From NCBI GenBank assembly GCA_024137785.1, contig JAHRHZ010000009.1:21018239-21082238 (forward strand): DNA of 64,000 nucleotides, read 5' to 3'. Positions 24,546-38,944 of the stretch are shown piece by piece. Origin of the DNA: Ginglymostoma cirratum (lineage: Eukaryota). The position numbers were made by a program, and so were the translations under genes. How positions within the stretch are numbered: position 1 is the first letter of the stretch; every line of letters begins with the position of its first letter. The notes below the pieces were generated by a model that saw only the letters and a program-made list of their open reading frames with translations, made no database searches and had not been told where the DNA came from.

Positions 24546-26567
24546 TGGCTGGACTAGTTCTAGGCAACAGGAAAGATTGGCTGGGAAGGGTTACTGTGTT
24601 GGATTTATAGCAGGCTACATGCTTATGGGCAGAAACCTATATTTTATGTTGGTATGATTGTTTCCCTGAGATGGGTTCTGGTAAAGTACCTTGCTCTCAA
24701 TAACTGATCATGTAACCAACCTGCCTCAGAGTGGAATAGCAACTTTTCAAGCAGGAATAAATTATAGGGGTGCATAGATTTTTGGGTACTTTTCTGTTCG
24801 AAAAATTCCCAAATGAATCTTTGAAACAGTACTCAAATCAGATACTGACCAGAAATTTTCTGAGTTATTCAAGTTGTGAGTCAAATAAGTGTAGAATTTG
24901 TGTTGAGAAATTCAGTATAGATTACATTTATTGCAATTTTAGTACCTTTAATTTAACTATTTAAATGAGGGTAGTTATTCATATTCAAGTCCTTTGCATT
25001 TGGTGCAGTATAAAACTTTTTGTTTAAACTGTGAACATTGCAACCTCATTCTTTTAGTAAGTGCATTGGTTTTTGGATTCATAAACAAAAACATATTGCA
25101 TTCACATAAATTATTTCATCGAGCAGGTTCAAGGAATGAAACACAATGTTGCATAGCAGAGGTGGCTGGAGCATTGGTCTTTGGTTGCCAGCATCTCAGT
25201 TTAAAGTTCTTTCTTCCTGCTGAAGTAATAACAGTGCAAAATAAATGATTTTGCTGTGGTTTAAACTAATATTGAGCTCATTCCCGACACTGTTGCTTGC
25301 TTTGAAAACAAGACATACATCAGTGCTCTCATTTGAGAAAACTATAAAACAAATCGGAGGCTAGGGTGGAACATTTCTGAGTACAGTAGAAGTGAGGATG
25401 CTCTTTATAGATTGAGCTCATTGCTTAATGAAAAATACTGCATCAGACACAAGGCCGCTTGATACGAGCACTGGGAGATACAAAGTCCCTTGCTCCATTA
25501 TTCAGTTCATACGAAGGCCTTTAAAATTTGGCACCTTCCAAAAAACATAAAGGAAGCCGATACAGAGGATGTAGTACAAGTGGATCTCCAGTACTTTCTT
25601 TCAATGGTTGTCTTTTTTTAAGCAGATGACTTTCAGGCATGGATGTTATAATTATTAGCTCTTTATTGGTTTTTGTTTTGTTTGATGTTGGTTCACTCTA
25701 GACTTTGGACATATGAACCAATATGAGCAAATATGGCCACTGGCATTGTGTACAGATGCCAGCAAGGTGACTTTGGTATCAACTGACAGTACTGCTTAGA
25801 AGCTCTATTGCAAACAGTTGCCAATTTCAAACTAACACACCAAAGCCCAGTGACTTTTCTGTGACTTATGAATAATAACGGAATATATTGTATGAAGGAC
25901 ATCGTGATTTTTTTCACATAACTCACCAAGTTGTAGATATACCTGATAATCTTTACAGGAGTTATCTTACACAATATGTACATCAGTGTCAAAGCTATTC
26001 CCCTTGAAAATGCATTACATTCCATGTGGTGGTACTAGACTGTTTAGATGAGGAAGATACCTGATTCACTGTTCAAAATCCCTGTCAAATTCACTAATGA
26101 TATCCCCTGAGATTGTGACCTCACACCCCACAGCCTTTTACCTTTCTGCTGCTCTTGACATGGCTGACTACTTTTGCAATTCCTTTTCTTACTTGTCCAT
26201 TTGAGTAGGTTTGTCCTTGTTTATTTTCATTTCTACTATCTGATTGTACAGCAGTGACATCGCTTCCTGCCCATATGCTGCAACTTAGAAATTTCCCAAA
26301 ATATCCTGGTCTTTGCCCTCTTTACATTGCTAGAGAGCTGCCTCTTTAAGTAATCATCTATAGATATGGATTTCTTTTTGCGTGTGTATTAGCATTCAAT
26401 GCCTCCATTACCACTCTTGATACTTCCACTGCATTTGTGTTGTTAGACGTATTCATCCAAGTTGTGGATCAGCTGCAAAGTTTTTCACTTACACATTGAG
26501 ATTACTTAGCCTGTTTTCAAAAGCTCCTTTCCTTGAAATAAGTATCTCTTCTGTGCATTTCTAAACA

Positions 26568-26692
26568 CAGTTCTGAAAAAGGGTCACTGGAGCCCAAATG
26601 TTAACTCTGATTTCTCTCCACAAACCTACTGAGATTTTCCAGTGATTTTTGTTTTGTTTCAGATTTCCAGGATCCACAGTTCTTTTGGTTTT
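26568..26692 (+). mobile_element. Penelope pLTR fragment, decayed hammerhead
   Basis: cagttctgaaaaagggtcactggagcccaaatgttaactctgatttctctccaca, homologous to 387-520. Confidence 0.7.
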
Positions 26693-27719
26693 CTGCCATG
26701 CTCAAGTCTGTTTCTTGTGTCTTAATCTTGATGAGTGTAAAATAAAAGGCTTTGACTTCTTGACTCCTTTAAATCTAGAACATAAATTTAGTCTCAGTTA
26801 TGGTAGCAACAATGCCTATGACCCGGTAAAGTACAGTGACTATCCTTTAAATGTACTTGATTTCCCATAAAATATCTTGAAGTGCGCTATATAAATGCAA
26901 GTCTGTAGTTTCTTTTATTAATTAATTCCATTTCACAAGTGACAATTGAATACTGTTCTAGATATCAAGTCACAGACAGAATTAAAGGCATCACCATCAC
27001 TCCCCTTCCCCATAATTACAAATATTGACGTCAATTTATACCAGGATAAAAGGGACTTTTCTGAGTTATTATAGGAAAAGTTTCTCCACTGCGAATTCTG
27101 TTGGAAGAAAAAAAAAACCACAAAGTGGCGATCTGTGCTGTGGGATCACCCACACTATCTGTTCATTGAGAGTTCCTTCTCTGCATTTCACCAAGTTCTA
27201 TACACAGAAGAAATGTGTGCAGTGAGGCAGGAGTCACAAAACATCTCCAGCACGAAGGCTTCACTATGTTCCGGCCTTACACAAAAGGGAGTTGCGAACA
27301 ATATGCCCATAGAGGAACTCCCTTGAGACACTCAGTTATTCTCAATTATTCCTTTCCCATCTCCAGACTCAGCTATTTCATCGCCCTCTAGACTGCTTTC
27401 CCAACTTCCACACTAATAAGCGTCACATCATCCAAAAGTGTACTCGCCTGTACTCTGTCCTACATTATATTCCATTTGCTGATTACCCCAGTACTACATT
27501 GCTTATTAGACTGCTAACTAAAGTTCTAACCTCATATTTAAATCCATTCTTGAACTTGACCTTCCCTCTTTTCCTCTGGATTTACAAACTGTCCATTTTC
27601 GCAGTTCAAGTCTGGAGCACAAAATGCGTCTCAGTGTGCTTAAATGCCAGTTGCTGTTATTGTTCTACATGCTATCGACCTTGTTTACTCAATTATGCGT
27701 TCACCTCTTCCATTTCCCT

Positions 27720-28175
27720 GAGCTGCGCAGGCTGTGACTCAGTCTCTTCTGAGACAGAAGCAAGGGTGTGTGGGCTCAAGTCCCACTCCAGTGCTTCAGT
27801 GCAAAAATCAAGGCTGAGATTCCATTGTGGTACTGAGGGAGCAATGCATTATTAACTGTGTTGTTTTAGAGACATTAAACTGAAGACCCATTTATCCTCT
27901 CAGGTGGATATAAAAGATCTCGTGTTTAGTTTTGAAGTGGAGCAGGGGAACTATCTCTGGTGTCCTGACCAATATTTATCCCCCAATCAATATCATTAAA
28001 AAGCAAGGTTATTTAGTTATTAATACTTTGCTTTTTGTGGGAGCTTGCTGCGCAGAAATTGGCGACCGCCATTTCCTATATCACAGCAGTGAATGCACTG
28101 CAAAAATATTTCATTGGCTGTGAAGTACTAGGGCACGACATGAGATGATGAAAGATAAAATTTAAATATGTCTTT
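27720..28175 (+). mobile_element. Deu-domain SINE
   Basis: tRNA-like head (gggctcaagtcccactcca); Deu core ctcaggtggatataaaagatc...tggtgtcctgaccaatatttatccc. Confidence 0.75.
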
Positions 28176-28719
28176 TTATCCTGTGCTGACACTTCTATCA
28201 TTGCCTCTACCATCACATGAATTTATCTAGCACCTACTGAAATGTCCCAAGATACTTTGCAGAGCATGAACAGCCATTCAAAACCATTCTATTTGCAGTC
28301 CCAGACTTTGCAGTTCTTTAGCAGTAACTGCCAAAAATATGATAGCAGCTGGGATTAGTGTCAGCTTGTTGGCATTGTTCCTGAATAAAATAAGCTGTAA
28401 CACATGCCTGTATCAGAACTTTTAAATGGATCTGCTTAAATTGATGCAGCTCTATAACCGACGGGTTACCACTTCAATCCACTTCTTGGACCAAGCTCAA
28501 TTCAGCCTTCAACACAGTGGACCAAATGGCAAGTTCTTATATTGTGGTTGGAGTCACTGTAGTCAGGTTTAAGCAACAATGATTTTGTCAACAGTATGTT
28601 TATTGCCCTTGAATAGTACAGAGGAGCATCAAATATTACCAATAACTAAAACAAAACAGCCATATCCATTTGTCCTTTAAAAACAATGCACTCATTTTCA
28701 GAGTGATTGTCAGGACTCC

Positions 28720-29155
28720 ATCCAAGACAGCCTGCTTGACCTGACACCCCATCTACCACATTCAACTTTCACTCCCTTCATCACTGTAGCATTGGATAGC
28801 AATGTGCACACCCAACAAAATGCACTGGAGCAACTCACGAAGGCTTCTTCGATAGCACCTTCCAAACGATTGATCTCTACCAGCTAGAAGGAAAGGACAG
28901 CAGATACATGGAAACACCACCACTTGTTTGTTTCCCTCCAGGCTACACAACACCTTGACTATTGCTGTTATTTCACTGTCACCGGTTCAAAATCCAGGAA
29001 CGTCCTTCCTCACAGCGCTGTGGTTGGATCTGCAATAAATGGATCGCAGCGGTTCAAGAGGGCAGTTCATTACCTCCTACTCAAGGGCAAAGACAGGTGG
29101 GCCATAAATGCCAACCTAGCCAGCAATGTTCACGTCCCATTAATGAATAAATCAA
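28720..29155 (+). mobile_element. CR1/L2-group LINE 3' end
   Basis: Homologous to 720-1170; ends in aatgaataaa. Confidence 0.7.
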
Positions 29156-29609
29156 GAAATAGGAAGTGGTGAACAAGCGACTGTGAATATAGTAGCAGAT
29201 GCATTCTTATCCCCGTCTGTCACTCTGGGTGAATTTGCAGATGTGTGAAGTGAGACGCAGAAGAGATATAAAAAAAGAATTGCTGACTGGCGCTATGTAC
29301 ATCATAAACAGTTTTAAAGATATGAGTCTCTTCAATCAGCAAACAGAGACAGCAAGCAAGAGAGTATCAGAAAGAGAAAATGGTATTGACAATGAGTGGA
29401 GTAAATTAGACTTCATACAAGTACATCTGTGCCAACATTTTCACCTTTTTGTATCAGGTTATGAAAAAACTAGATTTTTTTTCTCACCAGAGAATAAATT
29501 ACTATTTGGCTGACAAACAAGAGGACAATTCTAAGTTTGTAGAACTAGCAGTGACAGTAAGTACTCATACTTTCAAAATTTTTTCTCTGAACTCTTGTTG
29601 TCCGTGCGA

Positions 29610-29766
29610 TAGTGATCTATCTTAAATTACACAATGCTTGTCTGTCAGGGGAGGTTATTAAGGACTACGGAACAAAGGCAGGTAGCTTAAATTAAGATAC
29701 AGATTAGCTTGGTCTGATTAATAATCTGGCTTCAGGGGTTCTTCCTGCTCTACTATTGTTCTTATG
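29610..29766 (+). mobile_element. CR1 3' terminus (decayed)
   Basis: ggcttcaggggttcttcctgctctactattgttcttatg tail. Confidence 0.5.
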
Positions 29767-30029
29767 ACCCAAAGTGTTTTTTTTTAATTTCAAATGTGTA
29801 CTTTATTCATAAAAATATCTTTATATACATTCATAGTCTCTAAAGCAGTACAGTAACATATGAAGAAACAAACATTGGAGTTTGACTCCATCCATCAAAC
29901 AAACTAAAGGCATTTCTCACTTGAAAACTGAACGGACCACCACCTCCCGCTCCCCCCCCGCAACCGTTTAACTTTGGCAGAAAGACCTTAGTCTTTCCCC
30001 ACTGCGCCTTGATAAGTAAGAAGAGAAAA

Positions 30030-30410
30030 GGACCTTTCACATTTTCGGGAAATGCTGTAGTGTTCCATGCATCAGTAAATTACTTTTGAAATACAGTACC
30101 CAATTTGTGCTGAGCAGGATTCCTTACAACACTATGAAATAAATTATCAATTCATCTGTTGACTGATATTGATTGAGCTGATTAAAACACTAGGATAACT
30201 ATTTATTCTTCTTTAAATCAATATTAATAGGTTCTGTTCGTTGACCTAAACACGGAATTATTTTAAACAGGTTTAATATTTCATCCAAATATCAACATCT
30301 TTGACCATGCAACACTCCCTCAATATTGCACTGAAATGTCAACCTAGCTAATGTGCTCAGATCCCAAGTGAAGCTTGATCCCATAACCTTCTGAGTTAGA
30401 GTCAAATCCA
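30030..30410 (-). mobile_element. Deu-domain SINE (decayed)
   Basis: Reverse Deu core: ggtttaatatttcatccaaa...cactccctcaatattgcactg...ataaccttctgagttagag. Confidence 0.6.
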
Positions 30411-30467
30411 CGATGTGGAAGGAATTGAACAAATAGCTTTGTAAACAAAAGCTAACACATTTGATTA

Positions 30468-32010
30468 CAACAATGACTTGTGTTTATACAACAAAATGTC
30501 TTTTACACAACAAAATGTCCCAATGTGTCTAATGCCTGCCTTATTAAACAACATTTGACGTGGAGCCAAATAAGGAGAAAGCAGGTCTATCAATAGAGCG
30601 GCATGGTGGGTCAGTGGTTCGTACTGCTGCCTCACAGCACCAGCGACGTGACTTTGATTGCAGCCTCGGGTGACTGTGCGGAGTTTGCACATTCTCCCTG
30701 TGTCTGCATAGGTTTCCTGCAGGTGGTCCGGTTTCCTCCCACTGTCCAAAGATGTGCAAATTAAGTGAATTGGCCATGCTTAATTTCCCATAATTTCCGG
30801 GGATGTGTGGGTTAGCCATGGGAAATGAAGGGTTACAGGGATAGGGGAGGGGGTTAGGTCCGGGTGGAATGCTGTTCGGAGGGTTGGTATGGACTCAATA
30901 CGCTAAATAGCCTGTTTCCACGTTGCAAGGATTCTAAAGAAAGTTTCAAGGTGCATCTTAAAGGAAAAAAAAGGTGGAGAGTTTAGGGGGAGGTTTCTCA
31001 AATTTAGTATCCTTGATACTAAGGCACAGTGGCCAATTGTGGAGATATCAAAATTGGGGACCTTCAAGAAGTCAGAATCAGATGAGCACTGATACAAGGA
31101 GAAGATTTCAGAGAAAGGGAGGGCAAACCAGTGGAGAGATTTGAAAACATGTACAAAATTTTAAAAACTGAACACATGCTTAATCAGAAGTCAGTACAGG
31201 TTAACAAGCACAAAGGTAATGAGCAAAAATGATTTGATATGAGTTAGGCAGAGTTTTGAATTATCTCAAATTTATAGAGAGGAGAACAGTATCAGCCATC
31301 CAGAAGTGGAATGGAAATAACCAAGATCCAGAGGTAAACAGAAGCAGGGGCAAGATTTTAAGCAGTGAGTGGGATGAGTCTAACAATGTTTCAGAGTGGA
31401 AACAGTCTCCATGATGATGTGGGTGTGTGTTGAAGCACATCCTAGGCTCAAATAGCAAGGCTGCTTCAGTCTCAGACAGCTTCCAAATAAAGTGTCGGGG
31501 TGTATGGCAGGGAGGTTTTGGTCTGTAATAATTATTGGAGGCCATTTCTTCTCAGTCAGAACTGGGTTAAAAAATAGTTTAACAATTTTTATAGTGGTCT
31601 TTGGATGATAGGATAGAGAGGGGTAGTGGTGAAGCAGAGGTGCCATTGACATTCATGGGGAAACCGATGTAGTTTTCACTGAAGTGACAAAAGGGCAGCA
31701 ATTAGTCAAGCATTAGAAAGGTTCAAGGATAGATCTCTGGAGGACACCAATGATTAGAGAGAAGTCATTCCAGAAGATTTTTTGGCTATAATTAGGTGGA
31801 TAAGAGTAGCACCAGTTGAGAATAGTGTCTAGTTAGATGAAAGTGAAAAGGTAATAGAAGAGGATGCGGCACATAGACTTTAATGGGTGAAGGATGATGC
31901 CACCAGTTCTCCTTCTTTTGCCTGGATAGAATGGCCTATTTGGGTTGCAGTGGTGGAGAATCAAGAACTTGAGCTGATATATAAAGCAAGAAATTATACA
32001 CAACAGAAAA
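30468..32010 (-). mobile_element. L2-like LINE fragment interrupted by an HE1 SINE
   Basis: 3' tail at 30468-30590, continuing after 30936 with purine-rich reverse ORF2 sequence typical of L2. Confidence 0.55.
30596..30936 (+). mobile_element. HE1-type V-SINE
   Basis: ggcatggtgggtcagtggttcgtactgctgcctcacagc...ctgtgcggagtttgcacattctccc... Confidence 0.85.
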
Positions 32011-32156
32011 TGTTTTCTCATTTTCATTATAACAAAAGGTTGAGTGTGTACATATTTGAGATTTAGAAAATTGTGGTTTTTAGAAACAATCTTTAATCTA
32101 GAATAAAAATGAAGGGATCTTGTGACCTTTTCCATCATCTGCTTAACAACAGGCCT

Positions 32157-33021
32157 TGTGACATGGTTGCTAAAGATTAAAAGAGGCCCACATTCTTTTG
32201 TTGAGAAGCACGTGTAAGATGTTCACAATTGGAAATGATAGCAGCAACTTTTATATTTACAGTAGTTGGACTGCTAGTGTCCAAAGTCCCAGGAAGGTGT
32301 TGAGATTGTGTTGCAAATAATCATGCTTTTAAACGGTCAATGTAATTCCAAGATAAAAAAGGAAGTTGAGGTCTCAATGATACTCAATCAGCATTTCCTT
32401 TTTGGATGCCAATGTCATGGACAGGGGAAGCATTTCCAAAATATCCTGAAACTCTCACACACAATTAGTATGCAAAGACCTTGAGAGGGGGAGGCAAGTA
32501 AAAGTCCAAGGCCAATGGATCCCTGCAAAGGAATTGGGTGGAAGCTCATGCTCAGATTGAAAAGACCAAATTTCTGTGGATTTGAAATGAAACTAGAAGA
32601 CTTGTTGATCTTTCACTTATGAGAGAATCTTCAGGCAAGGAAAAAAAAACCTTCAATCTGAATTACGGTTCTGGGTTAAAAGTTACCAGCTGGGAGAAGA
32701 AATGCACAGCAGTGAAGTCTCAAGAGCTAAGATTAACTTTTGATATATTTTGGGAGAATTGAATATCTACCTGCAGGATAGTGTATTCTATGCCTGTGAG
32801 GTAGGTTTATTGTTTGGTTGAATTAAAAGTCAAATGGGGAAGTTCTATTCTCTCTTTTAAAGTATAAATGGACTACAATAAGTATTTAGTAAATAGTGTT
32901 TTTAGTCCATTTCTTACAATAAGTTTTAAATTGTAAAATGATCTATGTCACCTTTCTAGCATCAATTGGAAGTCTGAATCTCTCTTATTGAAAAACAAAC
33001 AGTCCCTACAGGGATCCTAAC
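32157..33021 (+). mobile_element. Possible old solo LTR
   Basis: Starts TGTGACA and ends gggatcctAACA (Gypsy-like termini), about 865 bp; no TSD seen. Confidence 0.3.
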
Positions 33022-33529
33022 AAATACAATATAGGCAGCTGTATATCTTCTCATAACCTGCTGGATTGCATACATAATTGGAGTCTTGAAACACATTAAC
33101 AAATTAGATGATGCCATGTAATTTTGCGCTGTATATGTGAAGAAGGATGTAACGTGAGCAGAGCAATGTTGAATTCATAAGACATCAGGGAAGTAACTTT
33201 TGCTGCACTATTCGAATTTGAGGTTTATGCAATTTTTTATCAATGATAGAGAATGTGCCGAGGGTTCGAAAACATTCCCCATTGGGAACATGCTATCATA
33301 AAATGATCTCTTTTTAAAGTCCTCGAGGGTGAGTGCAGATAGACGGTGGATTGGGATTTTCATTTTCAATGCAATTATTGTGTATTCACTTAAGCAGGAC
33401 TGACCAAATCTCTTATTACCATTACAAACATTTTATGAATTATGTAGCCATTATTAATAAATTATAAACTTTTTAAAAAAAGCATTATAAATGCAATTAA
33501 GGATTGCTTCAGAATGCTTTCCATGTCTG

Positions 33530-33895
33530 CCTTATTCATTCGCTACGCCATTCCCAATGGGCCACACTCCCTCCCTGTCACAGATTGAATTTTTGAAGCA
33601 GAACCTGCCATGCTGAGCGTCAATGTGACTGGGTTGAATGCATTTTGTGAATTTGAGGGGTCGATTGTGGCTTGCAGCAACATGAACTTCTGTGCAGCTG
33701 GGTTTCAAATATGGTGCCAGAGACATGGGAGCTGGAAGGCGCCTGAAGTGGGAAGCACTTCCGTCTCGCCTAGCACATGGTATTCCCAGGAAATGCATCC
33801 AACATCTCATAATCAATGAGCTGCAAAGTGAAAGATCATGTGAGAAAACTCCCTTGGGCAATGTTTGTGTAGACGCAATGGAACTCACTTGGGTT
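33530..33895 (-). mobile_element. Harbinger-related element end (inverted homolog of 34538-34755)
   Basis: The reverse complement of 33654-33891 aligns to 34538-34755 (ctcacatgatctttcacttt; ccatgtctctggcaccatatttgaa; gctgcaagccaca). Confidence 0.5.
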
Positions 33896-33979
33896 CTGTC
33901 TTTTGTAACCTTTCTTTGTTCCTTCAAATGTAATTCCTGATCGACAGGCATCACCATCGTTCATATATTCGGAATCAAA

Positions 33980-34430
33980 ACACATGGAATCATTCAGCTC
34001 AAAAAGGAGACCATTTAGCCCATTACAATTACAAATGTACAAATAAATGAATTGGCAGCTGGAGAAAGCTATTCAGTCACTTGAGCCAGCTCTATTTGAC
34101 ATAACTGATCCCATGTGGCCTCTACTTTACAGTCAATTCCCTGTACCCATTGAGTCTCTTGTCAATCGAGAACTATCTACCTCTGCCTTAAAACATATTC
34201 AATGAGCTTGCCTCAACTGTTCTGGTGTATAGAATTTCACAAATTAGTGACATTCAGAGAGAAAAGTTCTCCAACTCTTGGTCTGAAATTTGAGATACCT
34301 TATTCTTAATCTCTGCTCCTTTTTTCTAGTCTTTTCCATAAAGGGAAAAGTACTTTCAGCAGGCTCTCTGTCAAATTCCATCAGAGATTTTTTTTTACAT
34401 TTCAAGAACATTTCCTCTCATCCTCCCAAT
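33980..34430 (-). mobile_element. CR1 LINE fragment(s)
   Basis: Reverse CR1 tails (ggagaccatttagcccat; ctattcagtcacttgagcc) and decayed ORF2 end. Confidence 0.6.
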
Positions 34431-34529
34431 GAATTATGTTTCCTCTGCAGGAATAAGAAAACAAATTAAACAAATAGCTAAGCTTGTTGTCCATGCAGTA
34501 TGTAACAAAGAGTTCGGTCTGGTTTTGTT

Positions 34530-35500
34530 GGTGGTGGCAAGTGGTGTCCATTGTGTCTACTCGATCATGGCACAGGAAAGTTTCCTCACATGGTCTTTCA
34601 CTTTACACCTTATTGATTTCCCGGGAATATCACGCAATGGATGAGATAGAGGAGCTTGCGACTTCAGGTCCCTTCTGGTTTCCATGTCTCTGACACCATA
34701 TTTGAAGCTTTGCAACAAGGCTCTTCAAATGCTGCAAGCCACAGTTGACTCCTCATGATGTGGTGAACAAGCCTAATCACCATCTGATAAGAGAGTGAAG
34801 CTAACTGCCCACTTCCAAGACAGGGGTCTGGAGGTGATAGTGATAGATAGAGAAGGTCCAATCTCCCCCTCAATGCAAGCTGTCACAGAAGTCCACATCA
34901 CCAGACACAACCAGCCTGGACAGAAGTTGCAGCATGGATTAGTGTAGTGTTCTGTACGAAGGGAGAACACCTAGCAATGCTGCATGAAGATCAATGTTTA
35001 TCTGTGCCCCACAAGCATAAGTGCCACTATCTTCCCTCTGTTACCTCACACCCAAAGAACCAGCATTCAAACTCCACCTATGCATATGCATCTTGTTAAA
35101 TCTCAAGGAGTACAATCCTCAATATTGCATCTATCTTGTGCATTCAAGCGCTCTCGCCACCTCATCTTCCCAAATGACTAACCGTTGCCACTGCTCTGGG
35201 CTTTCTGTTCATGCACTATCCCAGCTGCTCATGCATGACCACTAACCACTCTTACATTCACTTCCATCATTCTCAATCTCTTCATTGCAGGAAAATTCTA
35301 TCCCACAAAAAAGCCCAACACTGCTGAGGGTTTCCAGGGATCAGGCTCCTGAGGAGGAAATAGTTAAGCTGGCTGGAGAAGAGCAGGATTGCTTATGGGA
35401 GGATGAAGAAATACCAATGGGCAGCCAAGCTGCATTGTGCTGTGCTGCTCTCTCATTGTCACTGGTACTAACTCATTCTTCTGCACAAGTTTTTATCTGT
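34530..35500 (+). mobile_element. PIF/Harbinger transposon relic with Myb/SANT-like (NAIF1-type) gene remnant
   Basis: Relic translation TAHFQDRGLEVIV...PAWTEVAAWISVV...RTP.QCCMKINVYL (about 34805-35005); after ttgcAG a second exon reads ...EEEIVKLAGEE. Confidence 0.6.
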
Positions 35501-35809
35501 CTTTGACAAATAATTTCCTCTCCTTCATACACGTACCAGCAGCACCCAATGAACCTTCACCAGGAAGAGAATATCATTGCTGACTCTCATCATCACCTCC
35601 AACTCTGAGGAGGAATCCACTGAACCCTCATAGGATGCACTGACAAGATGTTCACCTGCATCCTCCTATCAGCGCCGAGCATACACACTGAGTTGAAAGA
35701 TTACAACCAGTAAGAAGGAGACTGAGACCTTTGTACTGTCATGTCACGTGATACTATACAGTGAAGATATCATGAGCATGTCCCTTAAAGGTCTATTGCT
35801 GTGAGACAT

Positions 35810-36090
35810 AACATTGTAATGTTTCAATTAGGGTTCTGTCTGCCCCCTCAGATGGATGTAAGGGATTGCTTGGCACTACTTTGTAGAAATGTGGGGGAAT
35901 TATCCTGTGTGCTAGCAAATATTTATCCCTCACTCAACATCACAAAAGCTGATCTGTGGGAACTTATTATGTGCAAATGTTTGGCCGTGTTTCCTGGGAT
36001 ATAACAGGGATTACACTTCTGAAATTATTACATTGTCTGTTTGAATTTTGGAAGCCAGTATTTGCAAAAGGTGCTATAAAAATTCCAGTC
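35810..36090 (+). mobile_element. Deu-domain SINE fragment
   Basis: ctgtctgccccctcagatggatgtaagggat...gtgctagcaaatatttatccctcactcaacatcac. Confidence 0.7.
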
Positions 36091-38944
36091 TGTTTTATTT
36101 TATTAAGCATATATCTTAAAAGTGAAATTTTATCATAAAACAATTTAAACAAATTGTTTACATTGTTGGTAGATGTATAGTGTGCCAGGATCCAAACCAT
36201 TTTGCAATTTTTTTTTCACAGGTTGTGGGAATCTTTTGCTGAACCTTCATTCATTGTTCTTCCCTAATTGCCATTGAAAATATGATGGTGAGCCACCTTC
36301 TTGAATTGCTGCAGTCCGTGTGCTGCAGGTACACACACAGTGCTGTTAAGAAGGCCACATATCTTGCCTGTGATGAGTTATTTGATCATGGCCACACGAC
36401 AGCAGCACTGTTTAATTGGTGACACTATATATGAGCTAGGGAGAGAAAAACAAGTTTTATTTTCCCCCTTCTGATTGTTAAACTCCTTTTGGAAACATGC
36501 ATGTATATATGCTAGCTGAGTTTAGAAATGGTCTTCGTTGCTGCTCCATAGTTGATTAGCTTAAAAACACTCCATTTCTAGGTTTACAAATGGAGAACAG
36601 ATGCTCAAATGAGGCATCAACTTCTTTCATCAGTCATGGAAAGATGAAGCAATGCCTTCAGGAGAGAAAGTGCAAAGTATAAAGAAGCATGAATTCTTGC
36701 CTACTAAATCCTTATCAAAGGAACAACGCAAGTCCTATGTGAGGTCTAATCGCCAGTGAATTCCATGTTTCTTTATCTTCTTTAAAGCCAATGTGTTGTG
36801 ACAGTGCAACAGTAATAAATGGAAAATGCTTATTACATCCTCTTTCTTTGCTTCTAGCCCTCTGTCAGTTTCAGTCTAAACATTCACATAGAATAGCCTG
36901 TGTTGAGTCATTCTCTGACTCTCTCACTTCCTGCAGGGTAATGCTTTGTCTTCACTTGGCACTTTCACCTAACAGTAGAAGCACAGACTGCAAATTTCCT
37001 AAGATGCAATCATGGATCAAACTGTTGCACATCACAATGTATTAGTACTCCAGTGTGCTACACCACTATATTGTCTTGAGGTCGACTTCTTTTTACACTT
37101 CACATGCTTTTCCACTTGTTATTAGTTTGCATAACAAAGTTGTGAAATAGTTCAAATATTATTGACTTTCTTCTACAGTTGCAAACCCAATACGTTTGTG
37201 AAATGCAATATTACCATTTATTAATTAAACTGAAAGACACTTTTTAACATGGACTGTTGCAAAGCAAATGCTTTATCTGTAGCCATTGATTGGACAAAAT
37301 GTAGAATATGCATTCTCTAAGTAGCAACTTAAACTGAACCAATTTAGCAATTCTGAGACTTTAATATCTGCAAAACAAATTTAATGAATTCACAGTTTGT
37401 TTAAGATTTTGATGTTATGATATGCTCTGTTGAATCTTACATTAATAAAATTGCCATTTGTGGAAAAAGGCAGTTTTATTAATATTGACTGTAATCTTTC
37501 TAAATCCTGAGAGACTTTTTCTTTAATTTAATTAATCAAACAAAAATACCATGCATTTTTCCTGTGAAATTTAATATAAACAATAGGACTTTTGATTTGG
37601 CTAAGAAATAAATAGAAATCAATCCAAACTAATGTTAAATCAAGTGAATTAGAAGGCAAAATGCATTCTTATTATATGATACATTCCCAACAACTTAATC
37701 CAGAAACAATCTGGAACAAGACAGCATGGATGTTTCAAATAGATTTATTTTAGGTTATTATCCAGGTCATTTTGTGCATCAAAACTGGGATCTGACCCAA
37801 AAATAAGCTGCAGTGTTCAATGCAACTCAAATGATAGGCCAACTTGTACATCAGACCCACTTCAAATGTGTGCCACGATGCCCATATTAGGGTTATCATC
37901 ACCAAGATTCATTGAGATTTGCCAAACATAGCCATCAGTCTTAATATAACAAAAATGAGAATACACCAAAAATGGGAATACCCAAAAATAATTTGAACTT
38001 TGCGTCACTGTGTAAAATGGCAACTGTGATATTTGCCATTTTGCCCAATGCTCCATTGAAATGAATGGAAATCAAAACTGAGAGAGTTCTATAGCAAGCA
38101 ATCTATTCAAGACATCTCGCTTCACAATTTAGCAAAATGATCCACAGTGAGTTACGATTATAGCCTTAGAAATCATAACTCCATTTCCAGCCTACGTAAG
38201 AGATTTTGTTCATGTCGATCGTTTGGATGCTGATTGAAAGGATGGTCATTCAGATCATTCTACTTTTCAAGATAAAACTATTAGTTTAATCTGCCAGTTC
38301 TCCTTTGCATTTCAGAAAATTGAAGCAGAATTCACACGAAAAGATACAAGTATTTTGTTTTGAACAACCCAGCTGCTAATTGCTTGTCTTGTTCTATTTT
38401 CTACCAATGTCTGTAGTCTGTCTGAAACAGAATACTTTGGTTGACACATGGTTATCGAAGCACAATATTTAATCAGCTGGATTGTTAATTAACTTTTATG
38501 GGTTCCATTGAACATCAGAAAGTAAGATCCAATTTATTTTGTGAACCAACAGAGATGTTCAAATACTGTATTATGATACCATACATATATAGGTATACTT
38601 TGTCCTCTGTTCCGTGCCAATGCATAACATTCCACACTCTAATTCATAGTGATATGAAACAAATGATGTATCAACACACATTTGCTATTTGTGATATTTC
38701 ACTTTCTGTTGTGACATTTCATCATACATTTAGTGTCAACCACTTCCCGTATAAATTCCAATGGAAACATCAATATAGTCGGATTGGGTACTTTTCCACC
38801 ATGTTTTCATAATTCTCTAAAAATATTTTGAACTTGTCTTAAACTGGCATTTTTTTCCTCTCAGAAGCTTGAAACACAAACTTAGGCTTACAGGATTCAC
38901 TCAAGTCAGATGAAGCGCACGCTTTGCAAAAGTCAGTATATTGC

